From positions 10,106,001 to 10,170,000 of the forward strand of contig CM060731.1 in assembly GCA_030704615.1 (NCBI GenBank): a stretch of 64,000 bases of DNA. Reading direction: 5' to 3'. The translations under genes and the position numbers were made by a program. Positions 27,301-37,917 of this stretch are shown here, one piece after another; position 1 is the stretch's first letter; the number at the start of each line of letters is the position of its first letter. The notes beneath the pieces are model-generated. The model ran no database searches, had not been told where the DNA came from, and saw only the letters and a list, made by a program, of their open reading frames with translations. This DNA comes from Takakia lepidozioides. Lineage: Eukaryota; Plantae; Bryophyta.

Positions 27301-30300
27301 AATCTGCTGTGTGTGGTTTTCCCAATAACTAGGCCCCAAAACGGCCTGGGCTTTTGGCTCATCCTTGAGATTTTCAAAGTTGGTAAACAGAGGTACAGGC
27401 ACAATTCCCTTGATGGATTTGAAGAGGATGTCTCTCTGGTGAGAGTACCCAGGACAATGAATCAGAAAGTGAATATGGTCTTCAGGTTGCCCACGCAACG
27501 GGCATTTGCAATCCCCCTTTCCTCTCTGCTTCTGTTTGCTGTTCAAAGGTAGGCTTCCCGCCCCGAGTTTAAGATTCAGTCTAGTGCCGAGGGTGGGTAA
27601 ACCCTTGAGCTCATCCATGATGGCCTCTCCCGTGCCTTAAGAATGTACTCATAAGACGTTGTTTGCTGTAGCCTTGTGGCCATTGACCCCGCGCCCAGTT
27701 TGAGTGGAACATAAAGGGACAGAACCTACCTCGGTCAGGGGCTGACGTCGGTAGTAAGACTTACCTTGATAAAGGACATTGATTCGAGTTTCCAGATATC
27801 CTCTAGAAATCCTTTCACACAAGCATCAATCTGCTGTGTCCCGTGCCTTAAGAGACAGATTGTACTCATAAGATGTCGTTTGCCGTAGCCTTGTGGCCAT
27901 TGACCCCGCGCCCAGTTTGAGCGGGATCAAAAGGGACAGAACCTACCTCTGTCAGGGGCTGACGTTGGTAGTAAGACTTACCTTCATATAAAGAATTAAT
28001 CCGGGTTTTCCAGATATCCTCTAGAAATCCCTTCACACAAGCATCATTCTGCTGTGTGTGATTTGCCCAAAAACTAGGCCTCAGGAGGGCCTGGGCTTTT
28101 GGCTCAGCCTCGAGACTTTCAAAGTTGGTAAACAGGGGTACAGGCACAATTCCCTTGATAGAGTTGAAGAGAGCGTCTCTTTGGTGAGAGAACCCCGGAC
28201 AGTGTATCAGAAAATGAATACTGTCTTCAGATTGCCCACACAACGGGCAATTGCACTCTCCCTTTCCTCTCTGCTTCTGTTTGCTGTTCAAAGGTAGGCT
28301 TCCTGCCCTGAGTTTAAATTTCAGTCTAGTGCCGAGAGTGGGTAGACCCTTGAGGTCATCCAAGATGTCCTCCCCCATGTCACTGACTGGAAGCAAGTTC
28401 AGGGAAGTTTTCTGCCTAACTTCATTTTCATCAGACAATCTCATGGCAACAGACATGGCTGAGGACACTACAGCCTCTAAGTCAGATTTATCCAGCAGGG
28501 TCAAGACTTGCGGATCCAGGTCCAGGTCCTTGAGAATCTCTTCTACTCTCTTCTGCCAGGACTTAGCCTGTTTGACAGGGCGGTCCTGTTTCCAAGATAT
28601 AGAGTCGATTAACTTAGGATATCTGGTGTTGGGCATATGTTGCAGCTGACCCCACCATCTGACCTTGAATTCATCTCGTCGGGAGCTTAAGGACGGAATG
28701 CCAACTCACCCCGAACAGCCACATTGGCTGTTTTGGAGCATGCTGACATACACTCCTTAAGCACCCCCACTTGAATGGATTCTAGAGACTTAGCCTGGTT
28801 GGAGTTATCAACCCATATAGCAGATCCGTACTCCAAGGCAGGTCTAATAACGCGACAAAGCATGGTTTTCTTAACCTCAGAGTTGACCCCTCTGCAGTGG
28901 AAAAATTTAGTGAGCCCCAGAGCTTTGCCCTTGCCAGTTTGAACAACTTTCCGGATATGTGCATCCCAATTACAATTGGAGGAGAACTCAACGCCCAGGT
29001 AAGTGTAGGAAGGGAGGACCGGGATCTCTTGGCTACCCCACTGCCACTTAAGATCACTTCCTCCCTCTCCTCTGTCGTTGAATGCTACCACTGCACATTT
29101 GCTGACATTAGGCTCTAGCCCCCAAAGATCAAAGTATCTCTTCGCGCAATCAATCAACTCCTGGAGATTGGTTGGTGTTTCCCCTATGCCTGCGAAGTCA
29201 TCCGCAAACATAAGGGCTGGTTAAGAGACAGAGACAGAGACAGAGAGAGGGGAGGGGGGGGTGGGGGTGGGGTACACATAGAATGTTCTTCTCAGGAGAT
29301 GTTGTTTGCCGTAGTCTTGTGGCCATAGACTCCGCGCCCAGTTTGGGTACTGATAGACTTGGTCCATTAGCTTGGTAAGGTGTGCTCCAGCAGTGGCAAT
29401 TGCAACTCAGCTTCCAGATATCTCAAGAACTGAGTTGATGGTGGACGTTCAGATTGAATTGCTCTTTTCCATATCATCAATAGTTTTTACTGTTTACTCC
29501 TGAATTAAGGACTAAGGGCCACAGCTTTTGGTGCACTCTACTTTCTTGAAACGAGTGGAGAAAGGTGCTGTAAGAGGTTGTTAATGCTTTTAGAGGTCCT
29601 TGTGTTCAGAAGGCTACCCTTTACAATGCATCAGATAGTGTCCCTCATATGTCTAAGCATCGAGGGTTTTTGAAACCTGTGTCACACAGGTAGATTTCGG
29701 GCAAGATTTGGAGCAGCACCTTGCATTCCTTGTGGATTGTCGAGCCACTTTTGGCAACATGGATTTCCTTCGAGTAGGTCTTCACTTTACGAGGCTTTCA
29801 TGATGTTTTTCTCATTATGTATTAGGGATAATGCTATATCTGCACATGACACAAAATTCTGTCCCTACCAGTCAATTCTACTAGACTTATCTTTTCCCTC
29901 ACTCTCCCTCTTTGTCTATGTTTCTCGGCATATCTGTGCCAGCCCTTAAATAAACACGCAAAGCGTGTACTACTTGCCAATTCATGCCTAATTCATGCTA
30001 ATGCGTAACCCACCATCACCTTCTGGGCAATCAATGCACCAGGAAGTGGTCATATATTATCTCTTTTCGTCAAGTTTTGACATGAGCTCTTTCTTTCTGG
30101 CTCTCTCTGATAGTTTTTCTCTCCCTGACATTGAGCTGTCAATCTTGAGCAGGAGACAGTGGTACATGTCAGTAATTGGCTGGCTGTCACAACTCTACAT
30201 ACGGTGAAGGGCTCCCACAGTAAGCAGACAGTAGAGTTCGTGAAGGCATGTTTGACATTCAATGAAATCACTATTCCATCTATCAGTAGTATTCTACCCC

Positions 30301-33300
30301 GTGTCTATCTCTTCCTCGAGACGGCTGAGGTGAATAAACTTCGGAAACTTCAAACTCTCCTCTCGCTTTTTCTTCCCCTCCATAGTTAACGTAAAAGCTC
30401 TTCAAACCTGTTGGACAAAAGAAAAATCTTAAAAGTTGACATACGTAGAAAGTGAGTGGTCAAGGGATATGTATTAGAGAGCCCGTCCTTCCATGGACAG
30501 CCCAGTGAGCTTCTGGTACAAGTACAATCAGCAAACAAAGAAAGCACTAGAATCAAGAATGAAATGAAATGAAATGGAATGGGTACTTTATCAAGAAATG
30601 AAATGAAATGAAATGGTACTCACTTTATCAAGAAAGAAATGAGATGAAATGAAATGGTGCTTTATAACGTCCGCGGAAAGCTCATAGAGCTTATGGGACA
30701 AAATGAAGAAAACATGAGAGAGGAAACAAAACCAAAGCCAAGAATAAAAACTATTGCTCGAGTGATTGTCTAAGGGTAAAGGCCTCGTGCAGGTAAGCTG
30801 CCACGCATTTCTGATCCTCTTAGTGGAAGACTTCAGTGAGAGATTGGGTTCCACGGAATAAACAGTGGAATCTCCCACGGATCTCGTAGTAAAGAGGGCA
30901 ATAGAGGAAGAAGTGTTTTTCAGTTCAATTTCCCGGCTGTGCCCTGTGCAAGCTGGACATAGGCGGTCCTCCCGTTGCAGGTTTTCCCATCTGCCAGTTT
31001 CTATCCGTAGGTTGTGGGAACCCACTCTGAACTGCCCCAAAAGGTAAAGATGCCGAAAGGTAATTGGGCCTTAAGAAATTAAATGAAATGAAATGGTGCT
31101 TTATGCTTTCTCCCTTGGGCCTTAGGAAAGAAAGGGCCCAAGGGACACAAGTAGAACAACATTTAATCACCAAACAAACAAACAGTAGAGAGAGATTGTA
31201 CTCATAAGACGTTGTTTGCCGTAGCCTTGTGGCCATTGACCCCGCGCCCAGTTTGAGGGGGAACAAAAGGGACAGAACCTACCTCTGTCAGGGGCTGACG
31301 TTGGTAGTAAGACTTACCTCCATATAAAGAATTAATCCGGGTTTTCCAGATATCCTCCAGAAATCCCTTCACACAAGCATCAATCTGCTGTGTGTGATTT
31401 GCCCAAAAACTAGGCCTCAGGAGGGCCTGGGCTTTTGGCTCAGCCTCGAGACTTTCAAAGTTGGTAAACAGGGGTACAGACACAATTCCCTTAATAGATT
31501 TGAAGAGAGCGCCCCGGACAGTGTATCAGAAAATGAATACTGTCTTCAGATTGCCCACACAACGGGCAATTGCACTCTCCCTTTCCTCTCTGCTTCTGTT
31601 TGCTGTTCAAAGGTAGGCTTCCTGCCCTGAGTTTAAATTTCAGTCTAGTGCCGAGAGTGGGTAGACCCAAGATGTCCTCCCCCATGTCACAGACTGGAAA
31701 CAACTTCAGGGAAGTTTTCTCCCTAACTTCATTTTCATCAGACAATCTCATGGCAACAGACATGGCTGAGGACACTACAGCCTCTAAGTCAGATTTATCC
31801 AGCAGGGTCAAGACTTGCAGATCCAGGTCCAGGTCCTTGAGGATCTCTTCTACTCTCTTCTGCCAGGACTTAGCCTGTTTGACAGGGCGGTCCTGTTTCC
31901 AAGATATAGAGTCGATTAACTTAGGATATCTGGTGTTGGGCATATGTTGCAGCTGACCCCACCATCTGACCTTGAATTCATCTCGTCGGGAGCTTGAGGA
32001 TGGAATGCCAAACTCACCCCGAACAGCCACATTGGCTGTTTTGGAGCATGCTGACATACACTCCTTAAGCACCCCCACTTGAATGGATTCTAGAGACTTA
32101 GCCTGGTTGGAGTTATCAACCCATATAGCAGATCCGTACTCCAAGGCAGGTCTAATAACGCGACAAAGCATGGTTTTCTTAACCTCAGAGTTGACCCCTC
32201 TGCAGTGGAAAAATTTAGTGAGCCCCAGAGCTTTGCCCTTGCCAGTTTGAACAACTTTCCGGATATGTGCATCCCAATTACAATTGGAGGAGAACTCAAC
32301 GCCCAGGTAAGTGTAGGAAGGGAGGACCGGGATCTCTTGGCTACCCCACTGCCACTTAAGATCACTTCCTCACAGTAGAGAGAGAGAGAGAGGGAGGGGA
32401 AGGGAGAGAGAGAGAGAGAGAGAGAATTGTAAGTGTACTTCATAACATCCGCAGAAAGCTCAAAGAGCTTATGGGACAAGAGAAACAAAATCTGTAATGT
32501 CCACAATGGGGCCAAAGTGAACATGGGTCAAAGGAAGCAATTGATTACATTTGGAGGCCGGCAGAACCAAGCAATAGCTGAACAAGAGAAAACTAGAGAA
32601 CCTATCAAAATGTTACCTTGTGCATGTGTGTCTGTGGGGAGGGGGGGTGAGGGGGGAGAGAGGAAGAATGTACTGATAAGACTTTGTTTATCGTAGCCTT
32701 GTGGCGTGTCCAGTTTGGACGGGAGAGAAAGAGGTGTGCTTGTGTGGTGCAATCCTCGCTGATTTTAGTGAATAGCCTATTTATCCACCAAAGTGGTTTT
32801 GCAGGCAGCTCTAATGAATGCGCTGCTGTCTCACACAGAGGGTCTGGTGAAGAGTGCCCTTACCTGTGTACAAGAGCTGTCAAAGACTGATGGTAGCCTT
32901 TTACCACCTTGATTGCCAGGATTTTTCCTCTTCTAAAAAAGAATCTGTTCAAGGAATCAGTTGGAAAGGGCCTGTACCTAATAACTGGAATCTGAAGATC
33001 ATAGTGTGCAAATTAACATGAACCTGAGCTTGGAGAGAGATACATTGATTGGGTCTCCTTTTTGGTCATATCAAAACAGCGTTTGGATGCATGAAGATAT
33101 AAAACCAGTCTTTGAATAACAGATCTCCGTTTGTACAGATGTGCTGGTTAAGGAGCTTGAGGAGGGAATCTCCAGCTTCATTCAAAAGTTGTCTTGCTTT
33201 TTAATAGTAGTCCCAGGTTGGTGCTGTTCACTCAAATATCTCTCTAAAACAAGTATCTCTTATGTCTGTCTCACAAGGGGAGTCTCCGTATTCCAGAGTC

Positions 33301-36300
33301 TCCTATCCTATCCTATCAAGGGAATTGTGCCTGTACCTCTGTTTACCAACTTCAAAACTCTCGAGGCTGAGCCAAAAGCCCTGGCCCTTTTGGGGCATAG
33401 TTTTTGGGCAAACCACACACAGCAGTGTGTAAAGGGATTTCTAGAGGATATCTGGAAAACCCGGATCAATTGTTCATTCCAAGGTAAGTCTTACTACCGG
33501 CGTCAGCCCCTGACGAAGGTAGGTTCTGTCCCTTTGCGTTCCGCTCAAACTGGGCGCGGGGTCAACGGCCACAAGGCTACGGCAAACAACGTCTTATGAG
33601 TACATTCTCTCTTTACAGACATTATCTAGTTCCTTCTTTTCTTTGTCCATGGGCTATTGTGGACCGTATAAAGTTTCCTTCTCACTCATTCACTTGATTT
33701 GTAGGACAAGAACTTAAGTCGTCAATCCAGGGGCTTGAAGCAGCAGGTGTACAACTGCTTGCTCGTGTGATTAAGACATGTAGGCTTGAGGACCATGTTG
33801 TGGGTGGTTGATTAGATTGGAATCGTAGATGCTGTGTGAGGTATTGAGTATGTGATTTTACTATCTATGGTGGCTAATGGTGCCCTGGGGACAGGGCACC
33901 CGGAGCTCGGTGCCTTCTACATTTTGCGGGGCCTCCTTAGTCTCCTCGACTCTGAACCAAGGTACTCTCTTTTTCAGTTGTTCTTTGGTATCTGTGGCTG
34001 TACTGTTTGTTTTCTGTCTCTAATTTATTGTTCTAATTGGGTCCCTTGGCCCCTTTCCTATGGATGTATAATTCTGTCTTTTTATTCCGCTCTAGTTGTT
34101 AGCACCCGAAGTGCTACCGGCTTACATGCATGAAACCTTCTTTCATGTTGTGCTGAGGCTGAGGGAGAGTAAATACTCGATTTTGCAAAGGGGACGTCTT
34201 TCTGCTAGGAAAACTTTGTCATGGCAAAGTGTTATCTTATCTTGTATATTTCTTTCCTGTCATATATCAAATGGCATAATAAAAACTTTGTGGTGCAGGC
34301 TGACATCTGGAAGAAGAAAAGTCCATGTGTTGTGCGGACTTTTAGGCACAATTTCCACAGTTGCTCAAGAACGTCTACCCTACCACATTTTGAACGAGCA
34401 GGTGGTTCTGCCTTCTAATGGTCTACTATGTCCCGGCATTGGCTGTAACACCCTCTTTTCCATCTGTTGTATTTGGGATGATAACAGGGGCAGCATCTCA
34501 CCTTCAGGCTGCAAATGGCCCTGCCTATTGCTGTTGGTAGTGAAATTTTTAGTACAACACAATTCATATTGCTTTGAAGTGGAACAACTCTCACTCTGTA
34601 TTTTCCTTCCTAAGTTTGAACTTCTTAGACCTTCACATCCTTCCATTACTCTCTCAATCTGACCCTGCACGGCAGATGTGAGCACGGCTACAGTACTGAT
34701 TGTAACAGATTTGCGCAGTGTGTGAAGGGTGATCCCTTCTGCTTCCGCTAACTGGTTAGGCCTCTGTAGTATTGTCAACAAGATCAAATAATGCGTGTAT
34801 TTTATCTTATTCACAGTAGCCATTCACTGTTTTCTACAAACATTGGCTCTGATGTACCCCTGAGCATACTCCCAATGTTTTCAGCCAACCTGGATCTATG
34901 GGACTCAATCAAAAATTGGGAGTGTGTCAAAAGAGAAAAGTGGCTCACTGGTTGTAAATTGGGTGTCCTGAGAGTTTCAAGTATGGTCAGTTTCTCTCTC
35001 AGCCCTCATTGTTTTCTTGTTTTTTGGCCAAACAAAGCTTGCAAGAGATATCCTCGTGGTCAGACTGCTATGGCTAATTCAACCCAGTGGGTTGAACTTT
35101 ACCTGTTGCACCACCTCAGTCAGCTGAGGTCACTGGCTAACCCAGGTACACGAATGTTTACTTTGCGCGTATGTCTGACCATTGCTGGGCGACATTCGCA
35201 TTATGCTGAAGGTGCCCCAGCACTCTAAAACTGGTAAATGCCTTCAGCTCCTCTGGTGATTAACAGATATGGTAGTACAAAGGACACAAGCACTTCTGAG
35301 TCGTTCTTCTCTTGGTGGGACAGGTGGATAGCAACGACACACTGTATTTTGGTGAACCCTCATACCGGAAGGAACTGGAGGACATCATGGTCATCATTGT
35401 TCAGAAGCTTGTTGCCTCCCTTGACCAAGCTGTAGATAAGGTGGGAGATGAGAGAAATGGTCTTACTACTGTACACCTTGGCTAGTTTAGGAGAAAATGC
35501 AACCAGAATGAGGGGTGAAACTCACCTTACCTTTCTTCCCTAGTTTCTAAGATCAGTTAGAGGTTAGAGTAGTGATAGCCATATGTTGTGTGTGTGCACT
35601 CCAGAAACGAGTTTCTTACCCTGGTCTTTCAGAACTGCAGAGGTCTGGTGGAAGGAGACTCTAGGGCCATAGGTGTTCAGAAGAAGCATCCACTTAACAG
35701 TCACAGGGGGTGCTAAACTAGTCTAGCTCATTATTGCCGAGTCAATGGTGCAGTCTCACATTCACCGCTCAATATACTCAGTGATCAAGGAGATTGGTGG
35801 ACCAATGAAGTGGGCCTAACTGTGTTGTTGAGTAAATGGTATGAATTAGTCACCATGGGTGATTTCTACTGCAGGATGAAGTGGGCTATCAAGCGCTGGA
35901 CGTGTGCAACGCTCTTCTTGCGGCCTTCGATGTGAGTTCTCTTCTCAAGTTTGAAAAATTGACTTCCCTGAGCTGACAAGGTATCGGCATGGCTGAAACT
36001 GCTGAATTTTGTTGATGCAACATCATTACCCACCTTCAACCAGCAGTACAAGCAACCTTGTTATAATGAAGATCAAGGGTCATTAAGTCTATTTAGGGAT
36101 GGTGTCGGCCCTTCATGTTTTCAGACCCTAATGGTCAGGACTTTATGAAGGGACCCCACAGCAATCTTGAGCAGTGAATGCTGAGGATGTACCTAACATA
36201 GGAGGGTAAAAAACAGTCCATGAGCTCAAGCTTGATGTCACTCATAGGCAACAACAATCAGTTTTGTTGGAATATTGAGTGTTGATTTATTGATAGATCA

Positions 36301-36726
36301 GAACAGAAGAAAGTAACTTCATACTGTCCATAGGGGCCATGAGGGCCCATGAAACAGAGAAGGGGATGGAAGATAAATGAGATGAAACTTTATAATGTCC
36401 GCAGAAAGCTCAAAGAGCTTATGGGACAAAGATGTGAGAGAAAGAGAGGGTCTTTTTAAAGTTCAATGTGTTGCTGAAAGTTTCTCAATGAATGTCCATC
36501 ATCAAATGTAATCGACTCTATCTACTAATATCAAGTCTTCCTGTCCTATCTTGCTAACATGAGTCAGCCGTCACTCATTGTAAAATTGTAGGTGGACGAT
36601 CAATTGAGCACTCTGTGCAATGGGTTCCTCCACAGGGCTTCAGCTGCTCTCACGAAGAAGAATGCATATTTGCAGGGAACAATGACGTATGCCCGAAGTA
36701 GAGGGCTGGATATACTCCCCACTTGA
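15335..36726 (+). CDS. VPS35L: VPS35 endosomal protein-sorting factor-like (C16orf62/UPF0505, Retriever subunit), 23 exons, ~970 aa
   Basis: Exons 15335-15535, 17276-17515, 18072-18102, 19136-19320, 19798-19957, 20517-20613, 20926-21098, 21811-21980, 23118-23327, 23573-23662, 24193-24273, 24556-24699, 25086-25168, 25408-25549, 29690-29773, 30153-30329, 32805-32892, 33139-33216, 33895-33961, 34299-34401, 35324-35440, 35875-35931, 36592-36726 sum to 2913 nt, open. Family motifs: QQEYV.RL.ELN.EI..AW...[79 protein letters not shown]. Confidence 0.93.
15895..17075 (-). mobile_element. Older, diverged LINE family A-related copy in VPS35L intron 1, including a reverse-transcriptase N-terminal fragment
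   Basis: Minus strand ~17075-16905 reads [35 protein letters not shown] (LINE RT N-terminal motif). 16800-15895 is a frameshifted ORF2 C-terminus ([32 protein letters not shown]). Confidence 0.85.
19675..19712 (+). mobile_element. LINE family B extreme 3'-end fragment
   Basis: TTTCTGCGGACATTATAAAGTTCCATTTCATTTCA matches the family B terminus at 38120-38160 and 38252-38286. Confidence 0.7.
22006..22932 (+). mobile_element. Cluster of LINE family A fragments in VPS35L intron 8 (+ copy 22006-22250 with duplicated 3' end, inverted 3' end 22283-22325, + copy 22405-22932)
   Basis: [16 protein letters not shown] homology and CTTATGAGTACA termini. CTCTGGGC occurs at the 5' junction (21998-22005) and after the tails (TSD-like). 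Inserted in a (TC)n tract ~10 nt after the exon 8 donor. Confidence 0.85.
25684..25702 (-). mobile_element. 19-bp LINE family B micro-insertion with 15-bp TSD
   Basis: AGCACCATTTCATTTCATT (minus strand) is flanked by the direct repeat TCATAAATCAAGAGA at 25669-25683 and 25703-25717. Confidence 0.75.
25718..27108 (-). mobile_element. LINE family A copy with internal deletions, from RT motif QGCTLSP to the 3' tail
   Basis: Minus strand reads [52 protein letters not shown] and the C-terminal domain. Doubled 3' end with (TC)n tails. Confidence 0.92.
27109..27635 (-). mobile_element. LINE family A 5'-truncated copy
   Basis: ORF 27238-27618 encodes the ORF2 C-terminus. Terminus CTTATGAGTACA, then (TC)n, then TTAAG. 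Confidence 0.92.
27643..27838 (-). mobile_element. 196-bp LINE family A 3' fragment with perfect 15-bp TSD
   Basis: Flanked by TCCCGTGCCTTAAGA at 27628-27642 and 27839-27853. Confidence 0.92.
27854..29220 (-). mobile_element. Longest, youngest-looking LINE family A copy (RT FADD motif to tail; one frameshift near 28700)
   Basis: ORFs 28687-29211 ([21 protein letters not shown]...NVSKC...YTYLG...RPALEYG) and 27866-28636 (...[10 protein letters not shown]...CPLCG..ED.IHFLIHC...NDIL*) are separated by a 1-nt deletion. Domain order and motifs fit the RTE-X clade. Confidence 0.95.
29270..29347 (-). mobile_element. Degenerate LINE family A 3' end heading the intron-14 stack
   Basis: AAACTGGGCGCGGAGTCTATGGCCACAAGACTACGGCAAACAACATCT on the minus strand, followed by a (TC/TGTC)n tract and TTAA. 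Confidence 0.75.
30559..31103 (-). mobile_element. LINE family B (RTE-X/L2-like C-terminus) 5'-truncated copy plus stacked (CATTT)n tail micro-insertions
   Basis: [29 protein letters not shown]..., then after a frameshift [16 protein letters not shown]. 3'UTR with AAGCTCTATGAGCTT hairpin and (CATTT)n tails. Direct repeats ACTTTATCAAGAAA (30585-30598/30622-30635) and TTGGGCCTTA(A/G)GAAA (31064-31078/31115-31129). Confidence 0.88.
31196..32371 (-). mobile_element. LINE family A copy with 14-bp TSD, near-identical to 27854-29220
   Basis: TSD ACAGTAGAGAGAGA at 31182-31195 and 32372-32385. ORFs 31491-32171 and 31202-31483. Two short deletions relative to the 27.9-29.2 kb copy. Confidence 0.95.
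32432..32515 (-). mobile_element. LINE family B 3'-end fragment next to a (TC)n tract
   Basis: TTGTCCCATAAGCTCTTTGAGCTTTCTGCGGATGTTATGAAGTAC on the minus strand. Confidence 0.8.
33315..33612 (+). mobile_element. LINE family A 3' fragment in VPS35L intron 18
   Basis: [13 protein letters not shown]...HKATANNVL*, then GTACATTCTCTC. Confidence 0.92.
36372..36430 (-). mobile_element. LINE family B 3'-end fragment in VPS35L intron 22
   Basis: TTTGTCCCATAAGCTCTTTGAGCTTTCTGCGGACATTATAAAGTTTCATCTCATTT on the minus strand. Confidence 0.8.
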
Positions 36727-37917
36727 CAGCTGGTATGCACTTGTTAGCTGCCAGAATGGAAGGTTGTCTCATATGTGCCATATTCATTCATGTCAGATTC
36801 AATAAGCTGCAGATGGAAGCTGTGGTGTCTTTCGAAAGAGATTTGTGCTTATTCCCACTTATGGGCTGGTATGCACTTTTCTTCTGGGGTGCCCAGTGTA
36901 GGAATTGGTTTCAAAACCATTGTTTTATGTAAGACTCTAGGACAAATTCATGAAGCCTGAATAGAAAATTATTAGTTCTGTGAGAGTATATTGCGGAAAA
37001 CTTGAATTGTTAGCTCTCTGCAGCTTTGGCTGGCACACCTGTGTCATGAGGTGACCTTTTTCCCAGATGAAGAGTGTGCAAGCCTCTCATGGCTATGGTC
37101 CTTGCAAGGACTTGGGCAAGTTCTCATTGACAAAATAGGTGCAGGACATTATCCTTGTGAAATACAAATATTGCACTTGCATATTTATCACCTACAATGT
37201 CCACAGTAACTAGGCATATACTCTCCCGTCCAAGGGGGTTCTCCATCTATCTAGCATCACAGTAAAGCATTTATAGTGGCTTAAGACAACCAGAGATTCA
37301 CATTAGCCTCTTCAGTGAGCCCTCGCATCTCTACAAATGACATTGTGGACTGCTGGAATGATCTACAAGGAGAATCTGGATGGGCTTGCAAATTGCTTGT
37401 TGACAAATGCAATCACCTTGTACCAACATATAGATCACGTCCACTTGTTTTTGGTGGACCCAATCTTCAACCACACTGCCACAAACACCAGAGTTGTACT
37501 TGATGCATCACCTCAACAACACTAAGGAGTCCTGTTTCACAGTGGCACATGCCTAAAACTAAGAGCTCCAAAGGAATATCACAGGCTTCACCATAACTAA
37601 GTCACGCGGCCACATATACAAAAAGGGCACCACAATGTAACAACAGCTGCTCTTCACTGGGAATCATGGATGGAAACAAGAACATCTCGTAATTAAGATA
37701 AGAAGATAGGAATTAGGATAGGAAGTACCACGTAAGAGTGGAAGCCCCTGCACCTCTAAGAATCTCTCTCTCTCTCACACACACAAGTACAGGCACACAG
37801 TACAGACAATTCGACGTCTGCCAATAATGCTTCTTTTTTGGTTGTATATTCTCGTCTCCTCCATCTTTAAGCTTTCCACAAACTTCTTTTCTGTCTGTCT
37901 TTCTTTCTTTCTCTCTC

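Noticed and set aside
27628-27853. Junction sequence (C)TCTTAAGG resembles the R2 target in 28S rDNA
   Set aside because: There is no flanking rDNA and the ORF is not R2-like. The match is explained by the TC tail plus TTAA plus element sequence.
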